Assembly: GCA_965205865.1 (NCBI GenBank) | Contig: CBDBHR010000029.1 | Coordinates: 320,001-384,000, forward strand | Origin: a bacterium | GTDB taxonomy: Bacteria; SAR324; NAC60-12 | Direction of reading: 5' to 3' | Length of the DNA stretch: 64,000 nt | Shown: piece after piece, positions 21,448 to 31,292 of the stretch | How the letters are laid out: the number at the start of each line of letters is the position of its first letter | How positions within the stretch are numbered: the first letter of the stretch is position 1 | Program-made: the position numbers and the translations under genes | The notes under the pieces: model-generated | The model's input: only the letters and a program-made list of their open reading frames with translations | What the model was told of the DNA's origin: nothing | Databases searched by the model: none

Positions 21448-22791
21448 ATGAATCAAAATTCCTTAGCAGACGCCATCAACCAATTCCTCAATCAGTATTT
21501 CAACACGCAAATTCGGGCAGAAGCCATCCCTTATCTCCTGGCCGGATTAGCTCTGATCTTGCTGCTTGGAATATTCTTGCTCATTTCCGTTTATCGGACC
21601 ACTGCGTCCCATAAAAAAGAGAAACAGAAGCTTTCCGAAAAAGCGGCAGAGAAAAAACTGGCTCAGCTGGAAAAAACCCAACTCAAACAACAAAAAGCAG
21701 ATGAGAAAAAACGTCTGCGAATTGAAAAACAAAAACAGGAAAAAAAGCTGACCAAAATCGAGGAAAAAACACGTCACATTCAGGAGGAATTGCAGAGAAA
21801 AGAAAAAGAGCAACACCATATTCAAACTCTGCAAAAAGAGTGGCCTTCTCCTCCTCGAGTAGCCATTTCTTCAGACACAGGCAGCTTTCTGGAACGCTTG
21901 AGAAAAGGAATGGAGAAAACTCGTAACAATATGATGCAGGGGCTGGGCAACGTTGCTTTAGGAAAAAAAGAAATCGACGGGGAACTTCTGGATGAATTGG
22001 AAGAGTTATTGATTGTGGCCGATATTGGTCCTGCGACCACTCATCGTATCCTCAATGCCGTTGCTGAAAAAGCGGAACGGGAACAATTGAAAGACCCTCG
22101 ATTTTTAAGGGAAATGCTTCAAAGCGAAATCGTTTCGATCATGGAAAAAACATATGATACAGCCACAACGGAAGACAAAAAACCGTTGGTGCTCTTATTT
22201 ATCGGAGTCAACGGGGTTGGAAAAACCACCACCATTGGCAAGGTGGCTGCGCAATACCAAAACGAAGGAAAAAAGGTTCTCATGGGAGCCGGAGATACCT
22301 TCAGGGCGGCTGCTATCGAGCAGTTGACAAAATGGAGTGAGCAGGCCGGTTGTGACATCGTTGTCAAAAAAGCTCAAAGTGATCCCGCTTCAGTGATGTA
22401 TGAAACGCTCCAAAAAGCCCTCGATGATCAGTACGATGTAGTGATTTGTGATACGGCAGGACGATTACACACAAAAAAGAACCTCATGGAAGAGTTGAAA
22501 AAAATGGTGCGTGTCATGAAAAAGCTGATTCCGGATGCGCCACACGAAATTTTTCTGGTTCTGGATGCCACTACCGGGCAAAATGCAATATTCCAAGTGC
22601 GCGAATTTAGCGAAATCGCCACATTGACGGGATTGGTGATCACCAAACTAGACGGGACAGCCAAAGGAGGTGTGGTAATTGGCATCGTCAATGAATTCGA
22701 CGTTCCCGTTCGCTATATAGGGGTGGGAGAAGGTATTAATGATCTGCGTCCCTTCAATGCGGCCGATTTCACGCAAACTCTTTTTTCCTGA
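21448..22791 (+). CDS. ftsY: SRP receptor FtsY with N-terminal TM anchor
   Basis: GVNGVGKTTTIGK, DTFRAAA, DTAGR, TKLDGTAKGG. Confidence 0.96.
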   Translation: MNQNSLADAINQFLNQYFNTQIRAEAIPYLLAGLALILLLGIFLLISVYRTTASHKKEKQKLSEKAAEKKLAQLEKTQLKQQKADEKKRLRIEKQKQEKKLTKIEEKTRHIQEELQRKEKEQHHIQTLQKEWPSPPRVAISSDTGSFLERLRKGMEKTRNNMMQGLGNVALGKKEIDGELLDELEELLIVADIGPATTHRILNAVAEKAEREQLKDPRFLREMLQSEIVSIMEKTYDTATTEDKKPLVLLFIGVNGVGKTTTIGKVAAQYQNEGKKVLMGAGDTFRAAAIEQLTKWSEQAGCDIVVKKAQSDPASVMYETLQKALDDQYDVVICDTAGRLHTKKNLMEELKKMVRVMKKLIPDAPHEIFLVLDATTGQNAIFQVREFSEIATLTGLVITKLDGTAKGGVVIGIVNEFDVPVRYIGVGEGINDLRPFNAADFTQTLFS

Positions 22792-22822
22792 AGAATGGGA
22801 AGAGATGTTTGATTCAGTCATT

Positions 22823-23773
22823 TTACTCCGCGAGAGTCCGGATCAGTTGACGAAAATCAACAGGAATGGGTGAGGCGAAATGTTGATATTGACCAGTAAC
22901 AGGATGGGTAAAACCCAGCTCTCGCGCATGCAAAGCTTGCCTTTTGAATTGGAGGAGAACCGTCTGCAGCGTTGAAGACGTCAACCGCAGATGCTTGGGT
23001 TGACTCCGTCCATATTGCAGGTCTCCCCAAATTGGCATATTTTGAGAGCTGAGATGGACTCGGATTTGGTGAGTCCGCCCCGTTTCCAGACGGCATTCCA
23101 AATGAGCAAAAGGCGGGAAGCGGGCAATTACTCTCCAATGAGTGATCGCCGGTTTGCCGTTCACTACAATTGCTTTTTTTTTTCGATTTCGAGGATGCCT
23201 GCCGATAGCACCTTCAATCGTACCCTGATCTTGCAAAGGATTTCCCCAAACCAAGGCCTCATAGACACGATGGATGGTATGTTCTTGAAACTGACGGGAG
23301 AGGTGCGTGTGAGTCTTATCGTTTTTGGCAACAACGAGCACTCCCGAAGTTTCTTTATCCAGACGGTGCACGATGCCAGGGCGTAAAATCCCTCCGATGC
23401 CGGAAAGATCCTGACAATGGTGTAACAGTAAATTTACGAGGGTTCCAGTGAAGTGACCCGGAGCGGGATGGACTACCAAACCTGGCGGTTTATTGGTGAC
23501 AATCAGGTCAGTGTCTTCATAAATAATATCCAAATTTCCTGCTTCCGGTACGACAGGTAAAGGTTCGGGTTTCAGCAGTGAAAAACGAATATAGTCTCCA
23601 GCGGACACTTTATATGAAGGAGAAACGGCCCGTCCATTGACTTCTGCCATCCCTTTCTTCAACAACCGTTGAGCCAGGGAGCGAGAATTCACCTCGCAAT
23701 AGGTACTGAGCAAAACGTCAATGCGCCGTTTGGCATCGGCCTCACTCACCGTATAAGAAAATGCTTTCTCCAT
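22823..23773 (-). CDS. rluD: RluA-family pseudouridine synthase (RluD-like, with S4 domain)
   Basis: HRLDKETSG, GRTHQIRVH, RQALHA. Confidence 0.9.
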   Translation of the reverse strand: MEKAFSYTVSEADAKRRIDVLLSTYCEVNSRSLAQRLLKKGMAEVNGRAVSPSYKVSAGDYIRFSLLKPEPLPVVPEAGNLDIIYEDTDLIVTNKPPGLVVHPAPGHFTGTLVNLLLHHCQDLSGIGGILRPGIVHRLDKETSGVLVVAKNDKTHTHLSRQFQEHTIHRVYEALVWGNPLQDQGTIEGAIGRHPRNRKKKAIVVNGKPAITHWRVIARFPPFAHLECRLETGRTHQIRVHLSSQNMPIWGDLQYGRSQPKHLRLTSSTLQTVLLQFKRQALHARELGFTHPVTGQYQHFASPIPVDFRQLIRTLAE

Positions 23774-23790
23774 TGCTATCGAAAATGAAA

Positions 23791-25272
23791 TTAATACTCA
23801 TACAACTCAAACTGCTCATGATGGAGTGAGTTGGAAGTTTTAATAACGACTTTCTGCCCCAACTCTTTTTCAATTTCCTGCAAGGTGGGAATTTCTGCTT
23901 CCAAATATTCATAGACATCCGGATGCACATGGACCACAAAGGAACCATTGCGGTGTTTTGGTCGGGTGCGATATAGTTCTCTGAATATTTCATAACTGAC
24001 CGTGGACACGGATTTCAATCGCCCCTTACCTTCACAGTAAGGGCAGGGGTCACAAAGGTAACGAGTCAGGTTTTCACGATCTCGTTTTCGCGTCATCTCC
24101 ACCAGCCCCATTTCACTGATTTGCAAAATCTTGCTTCTCATTTTGTCATATTTCAATTGTTCTTTGAGGGCGTTATAGACTTTCTGTCGATGCTCCGGCA
24201 ATTCCATGTCGATGAAGTCGATAATGATAATTCCCCCAATATTGCGCAATTGTAGTTGATAGACCAACTCTTCAACTGCTTCCAAGTTTGTTTTAAGAAT
24301 AGTCTGCTCACGACTCTCCTGCCCCACGAAACGCCCAGTGTTCACATCGATGGCTGTCAGGGCTTCGGTTTGATCAATCATCAGATAGCCTCTGGATTTG
24401 AGCCAAACTTTCTGCCCCAATGCCCGTTCTATTTCCGCTTCAATGCCATAATGGTCAAAAATCGGCACATCTTTGGTGAAGTACTCCAGTATCGACCGGT
24501 AGCGTGGCAGGTAGCTGTTCAGGAATTTTTTGACATTCTTGAATTCATTCTTATTGTCAATGATCACTCTGCGGATTTCCGGAGAGAGGATATCTCGAAT
24601 CGAACGAAACACGACATGCAAATCACTATGCAATAATACGGGGGCCTCCCTTTCCTGATAACGGCTCAAGACATCATCCCAGATGGATACCAAGTAATTC
24701 AAATCGGACCGCAGATCATCTTCAGAACGCCCTTCTGCAACGGTTCGAATGATAAATCCTGATTTTTCGGGACGAAGGCGGTTGACAGTTTCTTTGAGAC
24801 GAAGGCGTTCCTCTTGAGAGGTGATTTGACGAGATACTCCCAATGTCTTCACGGTTGGCATATAAACCAGATTGCGTCCGGGGATGGAAACATGGCTGGT
24901 GATACGGGCGCCTTTCGTACCAATAGGTCCTTTGGAAACCTGCACCAGAATGTCTTGCCTTTCCGTGAGCAAGTGTTCGATTTTGATTTTTTCGTTACGC
25001 TTTACAGGAGATGGTTTTTCCTCGTCATCAAAAATGACATTCTCCGGAAGCACATCATCGATATATAAAAAAGCGGCGCGTTCGACGCCAATGTCTACAA
25101 AAGCGGCTTCCATGCTCGGCAAAACTCTCAAAACTCTGCCTTTGTAAATGTTGCCAACTATTCCTTTCTCCTTGAGTCTTTCATAATATAGCTCTGAGAC
25201 GAGTCCACTGCTTTCCATGACAGCGACTCTTGCTTCATGAGGTGAATAATTGATGATTATATCTTTTGGCAT
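23791..25272 (-). CDS. rng: Rne/Rng family ribonuclease (RNase G length)
   Basis: GNIYKGRV, AAFVDIG, IDVNTG, NIGGIIIIDFIDM, CPYCEGKG. Confidence 0.92.
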   Translation of the reverse strand: MPKDIIINYSPHEARVAVMESSGLVSELYYERLKEKGIVGNIYKGRVLRVLPSMEAAFVDIGVERAAFLYIDDVLPENVIFDDEEKPSPVKRNEKIKIEHLLTERQDILVQVSKGPIGTKGARITSHVSIPGRNLVYMPTVKTLGVSRQITSQEERLRLKETVNRLRPEKSGFIIRTVAEGRSEDDLRSDLNYLVSIWDDVLSRYQEREAPVLLHSDLHVVFRSIRDILSPEIRRVIIDNKNEFKNVKKFLNSYLPRYRSILEYFTKDVPIFDHYGIEAEIERALGQKVWLKSRGYLMIDQTEALTAIDVNTGRFVGQESREQTILKTNLEAVEELVYQLQLRNIGGIIIIDFIDMELPEHRQKVYNALKEQLKYDKMRSKILQISEMGLVEMTRKRDRENLTRYLCDPCPYCEGKGRLKSVSTVSYEIFRELYRTRPKHRNGSFVVHVHPDVYEYLEAEIPTLQEIEKELGQKVVIKTSNSLHHEQFELYEY

Positions 25273-25314
25273 AACAACTTTCCGTATAATAAGGGTGATC
25301 TTTGAACGCCTCAA

Positions 25315-26250
25315 TCATTGTGGCTCAGGCGACAATTTTGTAGGCTTCACCCACAATGAAATTTTTGGCCATTGTTGCAACAAAGAAATCCCTTCCGGAA
25401 GGACCGCCTCGGGTTGCACCCAATAGCTTCCCGGTTTGTATTCCACGAGATCAATAGTTCCATAGATTTGGGAGAGCTCTAAATTGTTCACCAATTCTTC
25501 GGGTCCTTCCACGTATAGATTGAATTCTGTGGGATTGGTGACCGACACGTAATTTTGGTTCAGCAAATGAATTGCCACGTTATCAAAGCGCTTGCGGACC
25601 GGCAAACTGGAAACCATTACATTGGCAATATACGATTCAATTCCGTCATTCAGGAACTGTAAACTGGAATCTGGTAAATCCAGGCTTACAATCATCTCGA
25701 TCGAACGATTAATATTTTGCAAATCAATTTCATTGGTAAAGACCGAATCAATGGTCTGCAAAACCGATTGGGGACCTTGCACTTTGACTGTATCAGGTGA
25801 AATTTTGATTCCCTGCAATATTTTACCCGATTGTAATTGCCCTTGGTAGCGGGCACGAATCGTCAATTGCTTTTCTACAATTTCTTCAATCATCAATTCA
25901 ATTTGAACAGGAATGATGCGCGCCACGGAAATGCTCTCCAAAATCGGAATATTCTGCTCAGTCAAAGTATATTGGAAATGACCGGAATTAGCGTTGGTCA
26001 AATCAACCGTGGCCTGCAGGGCTGAGGGATTGAAGTTATTGCTGTATCGACGTAGGATGCGTCCCGAAACACTGACGACGGAAGGAACGTCAGAGGTGAT
26101 TTGCATGTGGGCGGGCAGATTGATGAAAACCAAGGGAACAAAAAAACTGATTTCAACAGACTCCGCCCCCTGTTTTGCTAAATACCAAACAAACGATGCC
26201 AACAAAAAAGAAAGGAGGGCAAATGGCAGTATTTTTTTTATCTTCAGCAC
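25315..26250 (-). CDS. cdaR: CdaR/YbbR-like regulator of diadenylate cyclase
   Basis: N-terminal TM helix, YbbR-type repeats (PDTVKVQGPQS), adjacent to cdaA. Confidence 0.85.
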   Translation of the reverse strand: MLKIKKILPFALLSFLLASFVWYLAKQGAESVEISFFVPLVFINLPAHMQITSDVPSVVSVSGRILRRYSNNFNPSALQATVDLTNANSGHFQYTLTEQNIPILESISVARIIPVQIELMIEEIVEKQLTIRARYQGQLQSGKILQGIKISPDTVKVQGPQSVLQTIDSVFTNEIDLQNINRSIEMIVSLDLPDSSLQFLNDGIESYIANVMVSSLPVRKRFDNVAIHLLNQNYVSVTNPTEFNLYVEGPEELVNNLELSQIYGTIDLVEYKPGSYWVQPEAVLPEGISLLQQWPKISLWVKPTKLSPEPQ

Positions 26251-26320
26251 AATTGACCACTTGAAGTGGAAAGAAGCGATACTGAAGCTAAAGTGTTTTT
26301 GGAATCAAATTCGTTTTGGA

Positions 26321-27163
26321 TCAAACCGTCGCCGTTGCTGACTTTTTATCCTTTTTTTCAACTTCAATGATTTCAGGTAAGGATTCTTTATTTTTGGACA
26401 AATCCTGTGTTTCCACATTCATCAAGTCAAACAAGAGCTTTTTGATATTGTGATCGGAAGATTCCCGGAATAATTCCCCTTTATAACTCAAGCTGATTTC
26501 ACTTCGTTCTTCAGAAACAGTAAGCACCACAGCGTCAGTTTCTTCAGTCAGTCCAATGGCTGCACGATGACGGGTGCCTAAAATTGGACTGACATTCACA
26601 TTTGTGGTGATCGGTAATAAACAACAGGCTGCAGCCAAACGACCTTTGCGATCAACAATGACCGCCCCATCATGGAGTGGGGAGGTGGAGCGAAAAATAC
26701 TGATCAACAATTCCTTGCTGCACACCGCATCCAGGGTCGTTCCTTTTTCAATATAGTTGCGCAATCCCACGTCACGCTCAAAAACAACCAGCGCTCCAAT
26801 ACTCTCCCGCGCCATCATTTGTGTTCCCTGAATTACTTCATCAATCATCCCTTTCTTGAACTGATTCCCGCCTGTAAAAAAAGTGATTAGACCAAATTGA
26901 GCCAGCGCGTTGCGTATTTCAGACTGGAAAAGGATCACCAATACCAAAACCAGTGAATTGGCCAAATTATCCAAAAGCAGCCCAAGCGCTTCCAGATGAA
27001 AAATGCGGGTCAGCAGATATAATGCTAAAACCAAGGAAAAGCCGACCAGGATAGGCATCGTCCGGGTTTCTTTGACCAGGGTGAAAAGACGATAAAAAAT
27101 AAAGGTCAGCAACAGGATGTCAACCACATCCTGCCATCCTATGTTTTGAACAATGGATTCCAT
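26321..27163 (-). CDS. cdaA: Diadenylate cyclase CdaA
   Basis: Three TM helices, FQSEIR, LHDGA, GTRHRAA, VSEE. Confidence 0.95.
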   Translation of the reverse strand: MESIVQNIGWQDVVDILLLTFIFYRLFTLVKETRTMPILVGFSLVLALYLLTRIFHLEALGLLLDNLANSLVLVLVILFQSEIRNALAQFGLITFFTGGNQFKKGMIDEVIQGTQMMARESIGALVVFERDVGLRNYIEKGTTLDAVCSKELLISIFRSTSPLHDGAVIVDRKGRLAAACCLLPITTNVNVSPILGTRHRAAIGLTEETDAVVLTVSEERSEISLSYKGELFRESSDHNIKKLLFDLMNVETQDLSKNKESLPEIIEVEKKDKKSATATV

Positions 27164-27185
27164 AAGTCATTCCACACAAAGCGAC

Positions 27186-27300
27186 CTATCCGACACGCGC
27201 CCGGTGGATGGGGCAACCAGAGGTCCGCGTCAAGTGACACGCCTTCAAAGGCTCCGGATTAGGACGAAACGGCTTTTCACGGTACCATGTATCCGGGGAG
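27186..27300 (-). ncRNA. Putative structured RNA between ftsH and cdaA (family not recognised)
   Basis: GC-rich segment whose ends can pair imperfectly (CCGGATACATG..CCGTG with CACCGG..GTGTCGG), plus GTCC/GGAC and GCCT-TTGA-AGGC helices. Confidence 0.3.
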
Positions 27301-27357
27301 AGTTGTTGCGCAATTGAAGATCGAAGACCTGATAGGATGCAAAGGCAATTGTCTTCA

Positions 27358-29160
27358 TCAATTGACCACTGGAGTAAAGCGTTGAATGGCACGCTGGACT
27401 TCTTCTCCATCCAATGTTTCTTTTTCCATCAACAGTTTTGCTAAATATTCCAATGCTTGACGGTGCATGACCAATATGTCTCGTGCTCTTGTATAACATT
27501 TGGTAATCAGTTCTTTCACTTCCAAATCAACCAGTTGCGCAGTTTCATTGCTGTATGCCTTGTGCATCAACAAGTCCTTCCCCAAAAAAACCTGGTCCCC
27601 GTCATCTGCGCAAGTCAAAGGTCCCAGTTTTTCATTCATCCCCCACTGGCAGACCATTTTGCGAGCCAAATCCGTCGCTTTTTTCAGGTCGTCACTGGCA
27701 CCGGTCGTGAATCGATTGAACACTAAATGTTCTGCAGCGCGTCCTCCCATAGTCATGGCAATATGTCCCAGCAATCCTTGTTGGGTATGACTATGACGAT
27801 CTTCCGTAGGCAGCAACTGGGTTATCCCCAGGGCGCGTCCTCTCGGAATAATGGTCACTTTGTGTACGGGATCGACCTCCGGAATGCTCGCCGCCACCAA
27901 CGCGTGTCCGGCTTCGTGGTAAGCAGTGGTTTTTTTTTCGTCTTCACTGATAAGCAGGCTTTTTCGTTCTGCCCCCATCAGCACTTTATCCTTGGCATAT
28001 TCAAAATCACTTATATCCACAACCGATTTGTCTTGCCGTGCCGCCCATAATGCAGCTTCATTGCATAAATTTGCCAGATCAGCTCCTGTGAAACCGGGAG
28101 TACCACGGGCAATCACACGCAAATCGACGGTTTCTTCCAATTCGATGGCGCGGGTGTGCACGGACAAAATAGCTTCTCTGCCGTTGATATCAGGAAGGGG
28201 TACATTGATATGCCGATCAAAACGACCTGGTCGCAGCAAAGCAGGATCCAACACGTCAGGACGATTGGTGGCAGCCACGATAATCACGCCATTGTTGGTA
28301 TCGAATCCGTCCATCTCCACAAGCAACTGATTGAGCGTTTGTTCGCGCTCGTCATTGCCACCTCCCAGTCCAGCGCCTCGACTGCGTCCCACTGCGTCGA
28401 TTTCATCAATAAAAATAATACAAGGGGCCGCTTTTTTTCCTTGTTCGAACAAATCACGAACCCGGCTTGCTCCTACTCCTACAAACATCTCGACAAAATC
28501 GGAACCACTGATGCTGAAGAAGGGCACTCCCGCCTCTCCCGCAATGGCTTTTGCCAGCAATGTCTTTCCTGTTCCAGGATTGCCTACCAACAAGACGCCT
28601 CGTGGGATCTCGCCTCCCAATGCTTCAAATTTTTGTGGATCAGCAAGAAATTCCACGATTTCCCCCAGTTCTTCCCGGGCTTCATCAATACCGGCCACAT
28701 CCTTGAAAGTCACCGCGTGGTTGCTTCCCTCTGTCACTCGTGAACGGATCTTTCCAAATCCCAAAGTTTTATTGCTTCCTCCTTGAAGCTGACGCATGAA
28801 GATAATCCAAATGCCGATGATCAACAGCATAGGTAGCCAACTGTTCAAGATGGTCCAGAAAATCCCTCCTCTGGAATCCGATTCCACCCGAATTCCAACT
28901 TCATGTTGTTCCAGAAAATCGATCAGTTGAGGATATTCCGGCACCGAGGTTTGAAAGGATCCATAATCTTGATTGATTCCATAAATTTCGCTGCCTCTGA
29001 TGACCACTTCATTGATGTTTCCGGCTTCCACTTGAGACATAAAATCTGAAAATGAGATTGTGCGATCACCGGAAGATCGGCTGCCCATGAAATTGAACAG
29101 GATCAGGATCACGAAACCGATGATCAACCATATTCCGATGTTTTTTATGAATGCATTCAA
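27358..29160 (-). CDS. ftsH: ATP-dependent zinc metalloprotease FtsH
   Basis: [33 protein letters not shown]. Confidence 0.98.
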   Translation of the reverse strand: MNAFIKNIGIWLIIGFVILILFNFMGSRSSGDRTISFSDFMSQVEAGNINEVVIRGSEIYGINQDYGSFQTSVPEYPQLIDFLEQHEVGIRVESDSRGGIFWTILNSWLPMLLIIGIWIIFMRQLQGGSNKTLGFGKIRSRVTEGSNHAVTFKDVAGIDEAREELGEIVEFLADPQKFEALGGEIPRGVLLVGNPGTGKTLLAKAIAGEAGVPFFSISGSDFVEMFVGVGASRVRDLFEQGKKAAPCIIFIDEIDAVGRSRGAGLGGGNDEREQTLNQLLVEMDGFDTNNGVIIVAATNRPDVLDPALLRPGRFDRHINVPLPDINGREAILSVHTRAIELEETVDLRVIARGTPGFTGADLANLCNEAALWAARQDKSVVDISDFEYAKDKVLMGAERKSLLISEDEKKTTAYHEAGHALVAASIPEVDPVHKVTIIPRGRALGITQLLPTEDRHSHTQQGLLGHIAMTMGGRAAEHLVFNRFTTGASDDLKKATDLARKMVCQWGMNEKLGPLTCADDGDQVFLGKDLLMHKAYSNETAQLVDLEVKELITKCYTRARDILVMHRQALEYLAKLLMEKETLDGEEVQRAIQRFTPVVN

Positions 29161-29597
29161 TGCTACCTCATGAGAGAATCAAGATGTGTTACTAAGAAAG
29201 CAGTACTGATCAACATTTAAGTTACTCTTAAGAGCAATTATCGTATTTTTCGTAAAATTTAATATAATATGATTTCTCAATTTTCACAAGCTATCTACCT
29301 GTCAGGGGAGAATTTTCAAATTTCTTTGCAAGCTAGACCCTAGCCGAAAAGGGTTTCGAAAATAGTAAATGTAACCAATTTGATTCTATTGGATTCTCTA
29401 TTTAATTCAATATGACGAGAAAACGATTTATTTTTGTTTTTTATTCGCCCACGGCACAGTTTTTATAGGGGAAAAATCTTTTTTGGACATACTTTCCTCG
29501 CCCCTGCTCATATTTCACACTCCCCCATTGAATATTCAGGCCGCTTGTTTGAGTTGTCTTTTTTTCAACTCAATCATTTTGCAAAAATTATAGGTTA

Positions 29598-31292
29598 CCT
29601 AAATCCTGCAATTGAATATTTTGATTGAGTTTCCCCCCACTCTTTGAGAGGTTTTTTTAAAAAAAGGATTTGAGAGTTGAATTTCCATCAGTCCTTGCTC
29701 ATAAAGGTTTTTCCGCCCTCCATTAGATCGTCATATTTTGTGATGATCTGATACCCGCTTTCGCGGGCACAAGATTCAAGACGTACTTCTCCCTGGATTT
29801 GGGAATTTACATCTCAGCAAAATGTATCCACTGGAGTGAAACAAAGGTTCCAGGTCTCTCCAACAGCGACCCATGCATCCCATTGAGCATTGTAAAGTGT
29901 TCTTTCCGGAACTCTCAGTTTTTGTTGACGAGCGCCACTCGTCCATTTTCCTGCCATTCGGACAAGATAGGTGCGCATGGTGGCCGGTTCCCAACGGCGC
30001 AGTATTGCGTTACCACTACAAAGGGCCATCCAGCGCAGCGTGTTGTAAGCGAGTATCGCGCATTGGAACAAGGCACTGTTGGCCCAAAAATCGTCGGTTT
30101 TAATCTGAGCCAGCGCAGTTTGATTTTTTGCTTCCTCAATCCATGTCTCAGCGACCGCCCTTTGGCCATACTCTTTGTGAGCCTGCCAGGGAGTGAGCGC
30201 GTCAGTGAGAACATAACAAAAATAATCGTACTCCTTCATCTCAAAGAGGGTGGCCATCCCTTTGAGTTCCTCCTCTTTCTCCCTGCGTACGGCCATGAAT
30301 TTTCTTGACCTCCTCCAAGTTTCACATTGGTGGGAAAACTCACACCCTTCCCAAGCGGGCTGCCCCTTCACTTTTTGCCATTTTTGGGTTTCCAACAACG
30401 AGACAAGCCCCTTGAGTTTGACCTTGATCAGATAGCCATGGCCTCGTTCTTCGAGGAAATCCAGCAAATCCCCCACAAAAAAACCACTGTCTCCACGAAA
30501 CAGAGTGCGAGTCCGATTTGGAAGGTGAGCGAGAAGTTGCCGCATGAATTCAACGACTCCATTGCTGGTATAGGCACTCCCATCACGAAGCCAACCCTGA
30601 AGAATCTCCTTTGTCTCTGCGCAAAATGCCAGCAGAGGATGATACGAAGCTGCACCGCGTTTGTGGGGATTATATCCGACAGACACTCCTTGCTGCTTGC
30701 CGTAGGCCGTTTTCACAGTGGAGTCCACGTCAATCACAAGACAGTGTAACACCCCAACGATGCTTGTCCCACTTCGAAGCGCCTTACGCCAGATACCGGC
30801 TCGAATCCGATGGTTCAAGCTCTCCATCTCATTGATGTTTTTCTGTGTGAAAGTACGCAGTATCCGGCCGAATGTGGTTTCATCCGGAATCCTCAGCCAA
30901 CCGGCCACACGACTCAAAACACGGTCGTTCCAAACTGTCACAATCGAACGAATCGAACGGGCGCCACCAACAATGCCGACCACCGACAAAATGACCATGT
31001 CCACCGCGTCATAAAGACCCGTGGCGCCACGCCGATGATCTACGGTCTGCTCTGTCTTTGAAACAATCCCTTCTTTGTGAAAAAATTTGACAACCGGAAT
31101 CAAGCCTGCTTGCGCGGTCAGGTCTCTGCCTCCCTGGCTGATATGGATGTTTTTTGCTGTCGTTCTTGCCGATCTTGCGCTACCTTTGTTTTTCATGGTA
31201 ATGGTGATCTCTTAAAATGTTGATTCTGCTGTTAACTATTTGAGTATATTACCATTTCCATGTTTGATTGTCATCTAATTGCAGGATTTAGG
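29598..31292 (-). mobile_element. IS1380-family transposition unit, 1,695 bp, with 5-bp target duplication GGTTA
   Basis: Perfect 16-bp IR cctaaatcctgcaatt (29598-29613) and aattgcaggatttagg (31277-31292); ggtta at 29593-29597 and 31293-31297. Confidence 0.92.
29814..31196 (-). CDS. IS1380-family transposase (intact)
   Basis: LTAQAGL, IDVDSTV, YHPL, RGDSGFF, Y..RAVAETWIEEAK. Confidence 0.92.
   Translation of the reverse strand: MKNKGSARSARTTAKNIHISQGGRDLTAQAGLIPVVKFFHKEGIVSKTEQTVDHRRGATGLYDAVDMVILSVVGIVGGARSIRSIVTVWNDRVLSRVAGWLRIPDETTFGRILRTFTQKNINEMESLNHRIRAGIWRKALRSGTSIVGVLHCLVIDVDSTVKTAYGKQQGVSVGYNPHKRGAASYHPLLAFCAETKEILQGWLRDGSAYTSNGVVEFMRQLLAHLPNRTRTLFRGDSGFFVGDLLDFLEERGHGYLIKVKLKGLVSLLETQKWQKVKGQPAWEGCEFSHQCETWRRSRKFMAVRREKEEELKGMATLFEMKEYDYFCYVLTDALTPWQAHKEYGQRAVAETWIEEAKNQTALAQIKTDDFWANSALFQCAILAYNTLRWMALCSGNAILRRWEPATMRTYLVRMAGKWTSGARQQKLRVPERTLYNAQWDAWVAVGETWNLCFTPVDTFC

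Noticed and set aside
27185-27336. SAM-I riboswitch or hammerhead ribozyme (cctatc...gatagg, ggcaacc, ggacgaaac)
   Set aside because: Core consensus elements are missing (no kink-turn/GGUGC, no CUGANGA), and the strand is antisense to the flanking genes.
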